Assembly (NCBI GenBank): GCA_046598045.1
Contig: JBKJJJ010000084.1
Location: 1-29,116, forward strand
Reading direction: 5' to 3'
DNA from: Candidatus Eiseniibacteriota bacterium
GTDB lineage: Bacteria > Eisenbacteria > RBG-16-71-46 > DASYSL01
DNA length: 29,116 nt
Below the pieces are notes generated by a model. The model had not been told where the DNA came from, searched no databases, and saw only the letters and a program-made list of their open reading frames with translations. Shown here in pieces: positions 7,897-17,034 of the stretch. Every line of letters begins with the position of its first letter. The stretch's first letter is position 1. The translations under genes were made by a program, and so were the position numbers.

Positions 7897-9477
7897 TCAG
7901 GCGCGGTCGCGCGGCGTGAGCGTGGCGAGCGGGACGATCATCTCCTCGAGCGAGACGCCGCCGTGCTGGAACGTGTCCCGGTACTTGCTCTCGTACTCGT
8001 GGAATTTCGTCGGGTACACGAAATAGTAGTCCTCGCGCGCGAGCAGGTAATTCTTGTTGAGCCCGGGCGGCAGGCGGTAATCGACCGGGTTCTTGACGTT
8101 GATCGACATGCGCGCGTCGCTCACCAGGTTCGTGCCGTACTTGTAGCGCAGGTTGGTCGAGGTCTCGCGATTGCCATAGACCAGCGCCGCGCGCTTGCCG
8201 AGCACGGCGCCGTGGTCGGTGGTCACGACCACCACGCCGTCCTGCTGGGCCAGCGCGCGGAAGATGTCGAACAGCGGCGAGTGCGCGAACCACGCGCGCA
8301 CCACCGCGCGGAACGCGGTCTCGTCGGGCGCGAGTTCCTGCAGCAACTCGGACTCGGAGCGGCCGTGCGCCATGATATCGAGGAAGTTGAACACCAGCGC
8401 GACCAGCCCGAGCCCCGAGTAGGTGCTGATCTGCCGGCGCACGTTCAGGCTCTCCTCGGCGGTGTAGATCTTCACGTACTTGATCGGCTTGGCCGGCGTG
8501 GCATCGAGCCGCGCGAGCTGCAGCTCGAGCAGCTGGCGCTCGAAACGGTTCTTGCTGCGCTCGTCCTTGCTGTCCTCGGTCCAGTACTCGGGGTGCTTCG
8601 CGAACAGCTCGTCGGGGTACATGCCCGAGAAGATCGCGTTGCGCGAGTATGGCGTCGCGGTCGGCAGGATGCTGTAGTACGAGTCGTTCGACACGTCGAA
8701 GAACGGCTCGAGCATCGCCTGCAGCGCGTACCACTGGTCGAGCCGCAGGCAATCGAGCACGATCAGCGTCACCTTCCTGCCCGCCTTGAGGTGCGGCACG
8801 ACTGCGTGCTCGACCACGTCGGGCGACAACCGCGGACGGTCGCCCGCGCCCTTCTTCACCCACGACGGGTATCGCTCCTCGACGAAGCGGCTGAACTCGA
8901 GGTTGAGCTCGCGGCGGCTGTCCATGTGCGCCTGCTTCAATCCGGGATCGGCGATCGACTCGAGCTCGAGGTCCCACTGCGAGAGCCGGCGGTTGACGTC
9001 GAGCCACTCGCGCCAGCCCAGGCGCTTGGTGTCGAGGTCGGCGAGCCAGCGCACGTGCCCGACGTAGTCGCGCGCCGAGCGATCCTGCTGCAGCGTGGAG
9101 GACTCGAACACCTTCTTGACCGCGAGCCAGATCTGGCTCGGGTTGACGGGCTTGATCAGGTAGTCGGTGATGCGCCGGCCGAGCGCCTCGTCCATGAGCT
9201 CTTCCTGCTCGCTCTTGGTGATCAGGATCACGGGCAGGGTCGGGAAGCGGTCCTTGATCGCGGCCAGCGTCGCGAGGCCACCCATGCCCGGCATCATCTC
9301 GTCGAGCAGCACGACGTCGTACGGCGTCGCGGTGACCATCGAGAGCGCATCCTCGCCGTTGGTCGCGGGCGTGACCGCGTAGCCCTTGCCCTCGAGGTAG
9401 AGGATGTGGGGCTTGAGCAGGTCGATCTCGTCGTCCGCCCAGAGGATGCGCTTCTTGCCTTCTTCGACGCCGGGCAT
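7897..9477 (-). CDS. porX: PorX-like response regulator (REC domain plus PglZ/alkaline-phosphatase-superfamily domain)
   Basis: GGAGG RBS. REC motifs ILWADDEIDLLKPH, LLDEMMPG, ITKSE, YLIKPVNP. PglZ motifs LDCLRLDQW, ILPTATPYSRNAIFSG, FLDIMAH, TTDHG, FQHGGVSLEEMI. Sits upstream of tsaE as in Bacteroidota. Confidence 0.92.
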   Translation of the reverse strand: MPGVEEGKKRILWADDEIDLLKPHILYLEGKGYAVTPATNGEDALSMVTATPYDVVLLDEMMPGMGGLATLAAIKDRFPTLPVILITKSEQEELMDEALGRRITDYLIKPVNPSQIWLAVKKVFESSTLQQDRSARDYVGHVRWLADLDTKRLGWREWLDVNRRLSQWDLELESIADPGLKQAHMDSRRELNLEFSRFVEERYPSWVKKGAGDRPRLSPDVVEHAVVPHLKAGRKVTLIVLDCLRLDQWYALQAMLEPFFDVSNDSYYSILPTATPYSRNAIFSGMYPDELFAKHPEYWTEDSKDERSKNRFERQLLELQLARLDATPAKPIKYVKIYTAEESLNVRRQISTYSGLGLVALVFNFLDIMAHGRSESELLQELAPDETAFRAVVRAWFAHSPLFDIFRALAQQDGVVVVTTDHGAVLGKRAALVYGNRETSTNLRYKYGTNLVSDARMSINVKNPVDYRLPPGLNKNYLLAREDYYFVYPTKFHEYESKYRDTFQHGGVSLEEMIVPLATLTPRDRA

Positions 9478-9490
9478 CAGGCCTCCAGGG

Positions 9491-10414
9491 TCAACGGGCG
9501 TGAACCGAATCGGGCGCGGCGACGCGCACAGCGATCCCGCCGGGCGGCGAGAGCACGGTGATCGGCATCGCGTTGTCGAGCTGCATGTCCTCGACCGTGG
9601 CATCGAGGATGACCGGGCCGGGCCGGCCCTCGGCGTCGCTCGCGCGCAGGGTGCGCCGCTGCGCCCACGTCCAGCCGTAGCGCTGGTGATCGGCCGCGAG
9701 TTCGAGCAGGTACCACCCGCGCGCCGCCGGATCGTACCAGCGCACGGTGCGCATCGCGTACGACGGCGGGTCGAAGCGCACCCACACGCGCGTGCCGGCG
9801 GGCAGGTCCTGCCCGGGCCCGTACTCGATCCGCACCGAGAGCGGGCCGTTCTTGACGTACGGCGGGTCGACCCGGCGCTTGAGACTGAAGTCGAGCAGGT
9901 TCCACGGCATGCGCAGGAGCCACTCGTTCTGCAGGGCGAGCGCGCGCGCCGAAGACACCACCGCCGGGTCGGTCGTCCATACGCCGCCGCGGCGCACGAA
10001 CGTCGTGTCGCCGGTGACCACCACGACCGTGCTGTCGTCCGAATTGTCGATGCGCACGCGCGGCCGGCCCTTGGTCCACACCATGTGGGCCTCGGTCCAC
10101 TCGTTGACCTTCGTGCTGTCGGGACCGACCACGCGGTAGGTGATGAAATAGCGCAGGCCGTCGAGGTTGTCCCAGTTGTCCACGCCGCCGTAGACGCCGC
10201 GCAGGAACGTGAGCATCTCGTGCGCGTTGCGCGACGAGTCGTCGGCGGCCCCGGGCAGGCCGGACGGTTGGAGCCCCTTGTGGCCCTGGGCGGCATTCGT
10301 GCGACGCCCGGCGGACGCGCCCCCGCCCGGCAGGATGAGGACGAGTGCAAGGGAGATGGCGCTGGCGAAGACCGCGGCGGGAGCGGACAGGTTACGTCGG
10401 AAACGCGATGACAA
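9491..10414 (-). CDS. Hypothetical exported protein (possibly DUF6503/LolA-like beta-rich fold)
   Basis: Signal-peptide-like N-terminus; YGGVDNWDNL and WLLRMPWNLLD segments; fills the gap between the kinase and porX. Family assignment is by eye only. Confidence 0.65.
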   Translation of the reverse strand: MSSRFRRNLSAPAAVFASAISLALVLILPGGGASAGRRTNAAQGHKGLQPSGLPGAADDSSRNAHEMLTFLRGVYGGVDNWDNLDGLRYFITYRVVGPDSTKVNEWTEAHMVWTKGRPRVRIDNSDDSTVVVVTGDTTFVRRGGVWTTDPAVVSSARALALQNEWLLRMPWNLLDFSLKRRVDPPYVKNGPLSVRIEYGPGQDLPAGTRVWVRFDPPSYAMRTVRWYDPAARGWYLLELAADHQRYGWTWAQRRTLRASDAEGRPGPVILDATVEDMQLDNAMPITVLSPPGGIAVRVAAPDSVHAR

Positions 10415-11765
10415 AGCTGCTGCCCTCCCCCGGTGCGGAATGCCGAATGAAAATGCGCCCTCCGTGATATTCCTCGACGATGCGCTTGGCGAGCGCGAGG
10501 CCGAGCCCCCAGCCGCGGGGCTTCGTGGTGTAGCCCGCGTCGAACGCCCGCGCCTGCTCCTCCGGGGACATCCCCCGGCCGTTGTCGGTCACCGAAAGCT
10601 CGACCGTCTCGTTCTCGGCGCGGCGCTCGAGCCGGACCTCGATCCGGCCGTCCGGCCGGTTGTCCGAAATGATGGCATTGGTGGCATTGACCAGCAGGTT
10701 CTCGACCACCCACTCCAGCAGTTCCCGGCTGGCGTTGATGGGCGGCACCTCGCCATACACCTCACGGATCTCGATTCTCCGGCCGCGGCCGGGCAGGCGG
10801 CGCTTCAGGTATTGTACCGCCTCGACCACGACCGGGGAGACGTCCATCAGCGCCAGGTTCGGGATCGACCCGATGTGGCTGAAACGGGCCGCCACCTTGT
10901 TCAGGCGGGCCGCGTCGTTCTCCATCTCTCCCATCATCTGCTCGAGGTCGCCCCGGGGCAGCGTGATCGTGGGCCCCGGCTGCCCCGCGATCCGGTCGTT
11001 CATGAGCTCGATCCAGCCCATCAGGGAGGAAATTGGCGTCCCCAGCTGGTGCGCGGTCTCGCGCGCGAGGCCGACCCAGATGTTGCGCTGCTCCGAGAGC
11101 TTGATCGAGCGCGCCCCCCAGGCCGCGAGCCCGACGAACAGCAGCATGACGATGAGCTCGATATAGGGCAGGAAGCGCAGCTGCTCGAGCCCTGGCGGAT
11201 CGCCCCAGTGCACGAGGCCGAGCGATTCGCCGCCGCCCGGTGGCACCATCGAAATCGGGGCGTGACGGCGGTCCATGCGCTCGACCGCCTGGCGCACGAC
11301 CTCGACCTTGTGGAGGAGCCCGGCAGAGACCGGGCGCTTGCTCGCGAGCGCCTCGAGCGCTTCCTGCGGCACGTCCGAGGACTTGACCGCGATGCCCTTC
11401 CACGCGCGCGGCACGCCTTGCGCGTCGGTGAGCACGATCGGGAAGGCGAGGCCGTTGATGACCTCGCCCACGATCGCCGACAGCGTGGTGTCGGTGGTCG
11501 CGGGATAGGACGCGGTGGCGCAGAAGCGCGCGAAGACCTCCGAGGTGGACTGGACCTGGGTCGCGAGTCGCGCGACCAGGATGTTCGTGAACACGAACAC
11601 CGCGAGCACGATGCCGGCGACCCCGAGGAACAGGTAACCCTGGAACAGCCGCGGCAGCGCCGGCCGGCCCAGGCCGAACGGGCCGGAACGACGCGGACGG
11701 GGCACGCTCGGGCCCGGGCGGGGCCGAGCCTCTTTGCGCTCTTCAGCAGGCGGAAGTTGGGACAA
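10392..11765 (-). CDS. Membrane sensor histidine kinase (2 TM helices, HisKA, HATPase)
   Basis: H-box ARETAHQLGTPISSL, N-box ENLLVNA, G1 DNGRGM, F/G2 FDAGYTTKPRGWGLGLALAKRIVEEYHGG. GGAGG lies 10 nt upstream of the TTG start. Confidence 0.95.
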   Translation of the reverse strand: MSQLPPAEERKEARPRPGPSVPRPRRSGPFGLGRPALPRLFQGYLFLGVAGIVLAVFVFTNILVARLATQVQSTSEVFARFCATASYPATTDTTLSAIVGEVINGLAFPIVLTDAQGVPRAWKGIAVKSSDVPQEALEALASKRPVSAGLLHKVEVVRQAVERMDRRHAPISMVPPGGGESLGLVHWGDPPGLEQLRFLPYIELIVMLLFVGLAAWGARSIKLSEQRNIWVGLARETAHQLGTPISSLMGWIELMNDRIAGQPGPTITLPRGDLEQMMGEMENDAARLNKVAARFSHIGSIPNLALMDVSPVVVEAVQYLKRRLPGRGRRIEIREVYGEVPPINASRELLEWVVENLLVNATNAIISDNRPDGRIEVRLERRAENETVELSVTDNGRGMSPEEQARAFDAGYTTKPRGWGLGLALAKRIVEEYHGGRIFIRHSAPGEGSSFVIAFPT

Positions 11766-11801
11766 GCGCGGGTCGCCTCCGGGGCCGTGGTACCACCCAC
11801 G

Positions 11802-11830
11802 AACCTAGCAGGCCCGGGGGTGGGTTGCCA
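11802..11830 (-). promoter_or_regulatory. Candidate promoter for the kinase-porX-tsaE-...-lptD run
   Basis: TGGCAA-N17-TAGGTT with an extended -10 TG. Confidence 0.4.
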
Positions 11831-11859
11831 CCGGGCGCGCATTCGCCCGTTGGCCCGCT

Positions 11860-14829
11860 TCAGCGCAGGACGAGCACGCGCGCCCTCAGACGCTCGCCGT
11901 CCACCATCGCGCGCGCGAAGTAGATCCCGGAGGTGGGTGCCGCAATCGACCCCGGGCCGCCGCTCCAGGTCAGGCGATGGAACCCGGCATCGAGGCCGCC
12001 GCGATGGAGCTCGGCGACGCGTCGCCCGGCGACGTCGTAGATCGTCACGTCGGCACTCGCTGCCGGCGCCGGCAGGTCGAGCACGACACCGACGCCATAG
12101 TCCCGTCCCGGCCACGGGCCGAAAGCGGAGAGCGTGGCGATCGCCCGGGCATCGCGAACCTCCGGGCGGCCGACGATGAGCGCGCACGCGTGTCCCGAAA
12201 TCCGGCTGCCGTCCCGGAGGCGGCCCTCGAACGGCAACAACGCGGCCTCGGCCTCCGGCGGGTCGCGGCGCAAGAACTCGCGGCTCGCCAGCCAGCCGGC
12301 GAGTACATCCCCCGCGCTGAACTCGAGCTCGAGGTCCGGCCTGCCGTCCGGTTGATCTTCGACGAGGCGGCACGCTTCGAGCGGCACGCGAACACGCGAG
12401 ACCGTGTCCTGCACGTGCTCCCGTCCGCTCAGCGCCCGTGCGCCCGCGAGCCGGACGGAGGGCAGGTCGACCTGGCTCACGTCGAGCCGGGAGTCCCCTG
12501 CCATCGTCAGCGTGAGGGCGCCGGTCTTGCCGCGCGCGAGGATCGCGTCCGGGAGGCCGTCGCCGATGCGAGCGGCGACTTCGGAGGAATCGACCGTGGC
12601 GCCGCCGAGGTTCCGGAGGCTGTAGACGCCAGCCTCGGTGCTGACGACGACGTCGGAGCGGCCATCGCGATCGAAGTCGGCGAGGGCAAGCCCCCAGGCC
12701 CGACCCGGGACGCCGAATTCCTCACGTTCCCCGAACGAACCATCGGGCATCGCGGGCCGAACGTCGACCCGTCCACGATCGCCGGCAGTGACGAGATCGA
12801 GTCGGCCATCCCCGGTGAGATCGGCGAGACGCACTCCCCCGGGAGTCCCGCCCATGAACAGGGGACCCTGGGAAGGAATCAGGAAACCGGAATCCGCGTG
12901 ATAGACCGACACTCCATAGCGTTCGTCCGGGCAGCCGAACCGCGATTCGGCTGCAACCACGGTGATGTCCCCGTGTCCACGGACCTCGCCGATGGCCAGA
13001 GCGTGAACCGGAAACCGCGTCAGCAGGGGCCGCTCCACGTCGAAGGATCCGTCTCCTGCGCCCCGGAGCAGGAACAGGGCCGGATAGCCGTCGTGGGGTC
13101 CCCCGGTTCCGACAAGCAGGTCACTCCGGCCGTCGCGATCGAAGTCCCATGCCGCAACGCTCGATGGCCGGTACATGGAGGGCACATCCTTTCGGACCGA
13201 CAGGGGGCCGTCAGGTCCGGCGAGCAAGACGGTGACCGAGGTGCCATTGAGATTGGCGACTGCAAAATCCAGTTTCCCGTCTCCATCGAAGTCGGCGGAG
13301 GTAAAGTCGAAGGGGAATGCTCCCACCGCCGGATGCGCCCGGAGACGCAGAGCGCCCTGAGCATCCAGGTCGAAGATGTCGAGTTCCCCGAACGAGAAGC
13401 CATCCGGACTCACGGTGGCGACAAGTTCGGCCCGACCGTCCTGATCGATGTCCACGACTTTCAGCGAGGTAATCTCGCCCGCGACCGGAATCGGATCGAG
13501 CAGTTCGAACCCACCCCCGTCGATGCCGTGCAGCACGGTGATCGCCGAGGGCAATTGCGTGGTGACAACGAGGTCCGGCCTGCCGTCCTGGTCGAAGTCC
13601 GTAGTCTCCACGTTCTCCGCCCTCGCGATCGCGACCAACCCGGCGAGCCGAGCAAACCCGCCATCGCCGAGCCCCTTAAACACGAAGAGCGTTGAACCCG
13701 AATACAGCGGGCACTCCGGAATGCCTCCGGTCGCACTCCACTCCGGCACACACAGGTCGAGCCGTCGATCCCCATCGAAGTTCCCGAGGGCTGCGGGCGC
13801 TCCCGCGGGACTGACGAAGCGCGGTGGGCCGGCCGGGCCAAGTCCGGAGGGGGATCCCTTGTGAACCAGGAAGGCGCGCGACCGGATCACGATCACATCT
13901 TCGGCGCCATCCGCGTCCAGGTCGCCGACGGCCAAGCCCTCCGCCAATGCTCCGGTTTCCACTCGTACGGGGGGGTCAAAGGAGCCGTCGGGGCGTCCGT
14001 ACCACGTGTTGAGCGCGTAGGGTCGGTCGTAGGCGTAGCCCTCGGGGATGATCAGGTCAGCTCGCCCGTCACCGTTGACGTCCCCGGTCGCAGCAAGGCT
14101 CGAACCGCTCGGTGCGACGTGAAGCGTCGGCGATGCGAAATTGCCGAGCCCATCATTCGCGAGTGAGGTGAACCCCGCCTGATATCGGTGAAGCACCAAT
14201 AGTTCAGGACGACCATCCCCGTCGACGTCCCCGGCGAGCAGGTGATCGGGCTGGGTCGGAATCGGGTAGACCCTTGGCGCGCCAAGATTGCCTCCCCTGC
14301 CGCTGATCCAGACCCAGACTGTGGATCCAGTCGGATCGGTCGCCGCAAGGTCCGGCTGGCCATCCCCGTTCAGGTCGCGGGCCAACAGGTCGCCCCCGTT
14401 GATCACGAACGGAACGCTGAAGGGCGCGCCGAAGTTCCCATCTCCTCTTCCAGGGAAGATGTGCAAGAACGCGTCGTCCGTCCGAAGGGCCGCGAGATCC
14501 TTGATGCGATCTCCGTTCAGGTCCGCAACTGCGACCGCAATCACGGAACCGGAATCGACTCGGCGCTGCGCTTCCAGTGTGCCATCCCCATGGGCAATCA
14601 GGACCGCCAGGCCGTCGCTGTCGATCGCGACGAGGTCATCCATCCCATCGCCTGACAAATCGCCGACTGTCAGGCAGCGTGGCTTCGGGTGAACTGGAAA
14701 TCCCAGGTAGTCGGCTTGGAGCAACGGCACGCCGATTGAGTTGCCCGGGAGCGCCCACGAGGTGAGCGCAAACAGGCAGAAGAACTGGAGAAGAGTTTGC
14801 CGCGGAGGTGGTCGTCGGGTCAGCGTCAT
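11860..14829 (-). CDS. Secreted FG-GAP/VCBS repeat protein (14 DxxxDG-type repeats) with C-terminal FlgD-Ig/T9SS-type-A-like sorting domain
   Basis: Signal peptide. Repeats include GDLSGDGMDDL, ADLNGDRIKDL and ADFDRDGRSDV (13 clear, 1 degenerate). C-terminus IYDVAGRRVAEL...LTW...SGIYFARAMVDGERLRARVLVLR. Confidence 0.9.
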   Translation of the reverse strand: MTLTRRPPPRQTLLQFFCLFALTSWALPGNSIGVPLLQADYLGFPVHPKPRCLTVGDLSGDGMDDLVAIDSDGLAVLIAHGDGTLEAQRRVDSGSVIAVAVADLNGDRIKDLAALRTDDAFLHIFPGRGDGNFGAPFSVPFVINGGDLLARDLNGDGQPDLAATDPTGSTVWVWISGRGGNLGAPRVYPIPTQPDHLLAGDVDGDGRPELLVLHRYQAGFTSLANDGLGNFASPTLHVAPSGSSLAATGDVNGDGRADLIIPEGYAYDRPYALNTWYGRPDGSFDPPVRVETGALAEGLAVGDLDADGAEDVIVIRSRAFLVHKGSPSGLGPAGPPRFVSPAGAPAALGNFDGDRRLDLCVPEWSATGGIPECPLYSGSTLFVFKGLGDGGFARLAGLVAIARAENVETTDFDQDGRPDLVVTTQLPSAITVLHGIDGGGFELLDPIPVAGEITSLKVVDIDQDGRAELVATVSPDGFSFGELDIFDLDAQGALRLRAHPAVGAFPFDFTSADFDGDGKLDFAVANLNGTSVTVLLAGPDGPLSVRKDVPSMYRPSSVAAWDFDRDGRSDLLVGTGGPHDGYPALFLLRGAGDGSFDVERPLLTRFPVHALAIGEVRGHGDITVVAAESRFGCPDERYGVSVYHADSGFLIPSQGPLFMGGTPGGVRLADLTGDGRLDLVTAGDRGRVDVRPAMPDGSFGEREEFGVPGRAWGLALADFDRDGRSDVVVSTEAGVYSLRNLGGATVDSSEVAARIGDGLPDAILARGKTGALTLTMAGDSRLDVSQVDLPSVRLAGARALSGREHVQDTVSRVRVPLEACRLVEDQPDGRPDLELEFSAGDVLAGWLASREFLRRDPPEAEAALLPFEGRLRDGSRISGHACALIVGRPEVRDARAIATLSAFGPWPGRDYGVGVVLDLPAPAASADVTIYDVAGRRVAELHRGGLDAGFHRLTWSGGPGSIAAPTSGIYFARAMVDGERLRARVLVLR

Positions 14830-14919
14830 CGGGCACTCGATTGGGGACGCGGCCCGGAGCGTGTCCCAGAGAGGCGGGGCGAGTCGGCTCGTCCCAGCGC
14901 ATCCGCCCGGCGCCGGACC

Positions 14920-14948
14920 AGCTTACGCCGAGTCCTCCGTCCTGTCAG
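14920..14948 (-). promoter_or_regulatory. Candidate promoter of the FG-GAP gene
   Basis: CTGACA-N17-TAAGCT, overlapping the GNAT stop codon. Confidence 0.35.
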
Positions 14949-15733
14949 GTTGCAATCTTGGGCAGGGCCCATCCCTCGAAGAAGTCCCCGTGCACCACGA
15001 ACCCGAGCCCCTCGTAGACGCGGACCGCCGGCAGGTTGTCCTGGCGCACGTTGAGCACGATGGTCGCGATGCCCGCGGCGCGGAGGTCGCGCGCCACCGC
15101 GGCGGTGGTGACGTGCGCGAGGCCGCGCCCACGGCATGCGCGGTCGGTGAACACGTTGCCGATCGCGGCCGCGCTCGCACCGGGAGCGAGAACGTGGGTG
15201 CCGGCCATCGCGATCAGGCGGTCCCCGTCCCATATGCCGTGGTAGAGGCCCTGTTGGAGCATCGCTTCGGTGAAGAACTCGGGCTCCTCCTCGGGGAGGG
15301 CGCCGCGCGCAAACAGCGCGTGGGCCGCAGCCAGGTCCGCGGGGCCGAGCCGGCGGCGCGCGACGCCGCCGGGCCCGTGCAGCGGCACGTCCGCGGGGAG
15401 GCGCATGCGGAACATCGCGCTCGCGTGCGTGAACGGGGAGAGGCGATCGACGAACGCGCGATGTTCGGGGAGACACACGGCGAAGAGTCGCGATCCGGCG
15501 GGAGCGGCGGCGAGCGCCTCGGCCCACAACGGCGCGCACGCGTCGGCCGGGCCGAACGCGGTCAGGACCGGCAGCGGGAACTCGCGGTAGAGCAACACGA
15601 CCGCCGCCTTTGCCTCGTCGACGAACCAGGTCGCATGCGCGTCGTGCGGCGGCTCGAGGTCGGCGAGCAGATACGCGCCCCACGCGGGATCGCGCGCCAG
15701 CAGCGCGCGCAGGGTGGCCGGGTCAGGAGGCAG
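14945..15733 (-). CDS. GNAT family N-acetyltransferase (FR47-like C-terminal domain)
   Basis: Motifs IGNVFTDRACRGRGLA and LNVRQDNLPAVRVYEGLGF. The frame is open upstream of the ORF-track start at 15598 and encodes a protein-like DPATLRALLARDPAWGAYLLADLEPP. Proposed start is CTG at 15733 (uncertain). Confidence 0.85.
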   Translation of the reverse strand: MPPDPATLRALLARDPAWGAYLLADLEPPHDAHATWFVDEAKAAVVLLYREFPLPVLTAFGPADACAPLWAEALAAAPAGSRLFAVCLPEHRAFVDRLSPFTHASAMFRMRLPADVPLHGPGGVARRRLGPADLAAAHALFARGALPEEEPEFFTEAMLQQGLYHGIWDGDRLIAMAGTHVLAPGASAAAIGNVFTDRACRGRGLAHVTTAAVARDLRAAGIATIVLNVRQDNLPAVRVYEGLGFVVHGDFFEGWALPKIAT

Positions 15734-17009
15734 GCGCGATCCACTCCTTGCCGCCCATGCGCGGGACGAGGGCCTTCGGGATGCGCACGCGGCCGTCCTT
15801 GTCCTGGTTCTGCTCGAGGATCGTGATCACGATGCGCGGCAGCGCGAGGCCCGACGCGTTGAGCGTGTGCACGAACTCCGGCTTCGCGCCCGCCTCGCGG
15901 CGAAAGCGGATGCCCGCGCGCCGCGCCTGGAACGCCTCGAAGTTCGAGCACGAGCTGACCTCGAGCCACGCGCCCTGCCCCGGCGCCCAGGTCTCGAAGT
16001 CGTAGCACTTCGCGGCGGCGAACGACATGTCGCCCGCGCACAGGAGCAGCACGCGATAGGGCAGCTCGAGCGCCTTGAGCACGTCCTCGACATCGCCGCG
16101 CAACTTCTCGTGCTCGGCGTAGCTGGTCTCGGGCGGGACGAACTTGACGAGCTCGACCTTGTCGAACTGGTGCAGGCGCTGGATGCCGCGCGTGTCCTTG
16201 CCGTACGCGCCCGACTCCTTGCGGAACGACGGGCAGTAGGCGGTGAGATAGCGTGGCACGACGCCGGGATCGAGGATCTCGTCGGCGTAGATGTTGGTCA
16301 CCGGGACCTCGGCCGTGGGGTTGAGCCACAGGTCCTCGCCCTCGATCTTGTACATGTCGTCGGCCATCTTCGGCAGCTGGCCGGTGCCCTTGAGCGAGCG
16401 CGAGTTGATCGCGATCGCCGGGTGCACCTCGAGGTAGCCGTGCTGCTCGACGTGCAGGTCGATCATGAAGTCGATCAAGGCGCGCACGAGCTTCGCGCCG
16501 TCGCCCACGAACAGCGGGAAGCCCGAGCCCGCGAGCTTCGGCCCGCGCTCGAAGTCGACGATGCCGAGCGCGGCCGCGAGCTCCCAGTGCGGCTTCGGCG
16601 TGAAGTCGAACGTCGGCGGCGTGCCCCATTTCGCGACCTCGATGTTCGCCGACGAGTCGCGGCCCTCGGGGACGGACTCGTGCGGCACGTTCGGGATCCA
16701 CAGCACGGCCTCATCGAGTTCCTCCTCGACGGCGCGCAGGCGGGTGTCGAGCTCCTTGATCCGGTCGGAGACCGACTTCATGGCGGCGATGCGATCGGCC
16801 GCGTCCGCGCCCTCCTTCTTGAGGCGCGCGATCTCCTCGCTCGCGGTGTTGCGCTGCTGCTTGAGCGCGTCGGCCTCCAGGAGCAGCGCGAGGCGCTCCC
16901 GATCGAGCTCGTAGAAGCGCTCGAGCTGCGGGGGCAGCGTGCCGGCCTTCTTGAGGACGCCCACGCGGATCGCGTCGCCGTGTTCGCGCAGGACTTTCGG
17001 ATCGTGCAT
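15723..17009 (-). CDS. serS: Serine--tRNA ligase
   Basis: N-terminal coiled coil; motifs PTAEVP, FRKESG, RLHQFDKVE, EVSSCSN, HTLNASGLA. Confidence 0.98.
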   Translation of the reverse strand: MHDPKVLREHGDAIRVGVLKKAGTLPPQLERFYELDRERLALLLEADALKQQRNTASEEIARLKKEGADAADRIAAMKSVSDRIKELDTRLRAVEEELDEAVLWIPNVPHESVPEGRDSSANIEVAKWGTPPTFDFTPKPHWELAAALGIVDFERGPKLAGSGFPLFVGDGAKLVRALIDFMIDLHVEQHGYLEVHPAIAINSRSLKGTGQLPKMADDMYKIEGEDLWLNPTAEVPVTNIYADEILDPGVVPRYLTAYCPSFRKESGAYGKDTRGIQRLHQFDKVELVKFVPPETSYAEHEKLRGDVEDVLKALELPYRVLLLCAGDMSFAAAKCYDFETWAPGQGAWLEVSSCSNFEAFQARRAGIRFRREAGAKPEFVHTLNASGLALPRIVITILEQNQDKDGRVRIPKALVPRMGGKEWIAPAS

Positions 17010-17034
17010 GGAGCGGTTCTCCCGGAACTGGAAG

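Noticed and set aside
7897..9477. PglZ domain as a sign of a BREX defence system
   Set aside because: It is fused to a REC domain and sits before tsaE (PorX architecture). No brxC, pglX or brxL is present.
7897..10713. 938-aa ORF-track version of porX, and similar N-terminal extensions of hemL, hemB, hemD, tsaE, tsaB, udgB and the Yip1 gene
   Set aside because: The extensions overlap upstream genes in another frame. Better starts are marked by an RBS or by ATGA/GTGA stop-start overlaps.
15723..17009. serS as part of a selenocysteine gene cluster
   Set aside because: serS is a universal housekeeping gene about 15 kb from the UGA-containing gene, and no selA, selB, selC or selD is seen in the window.
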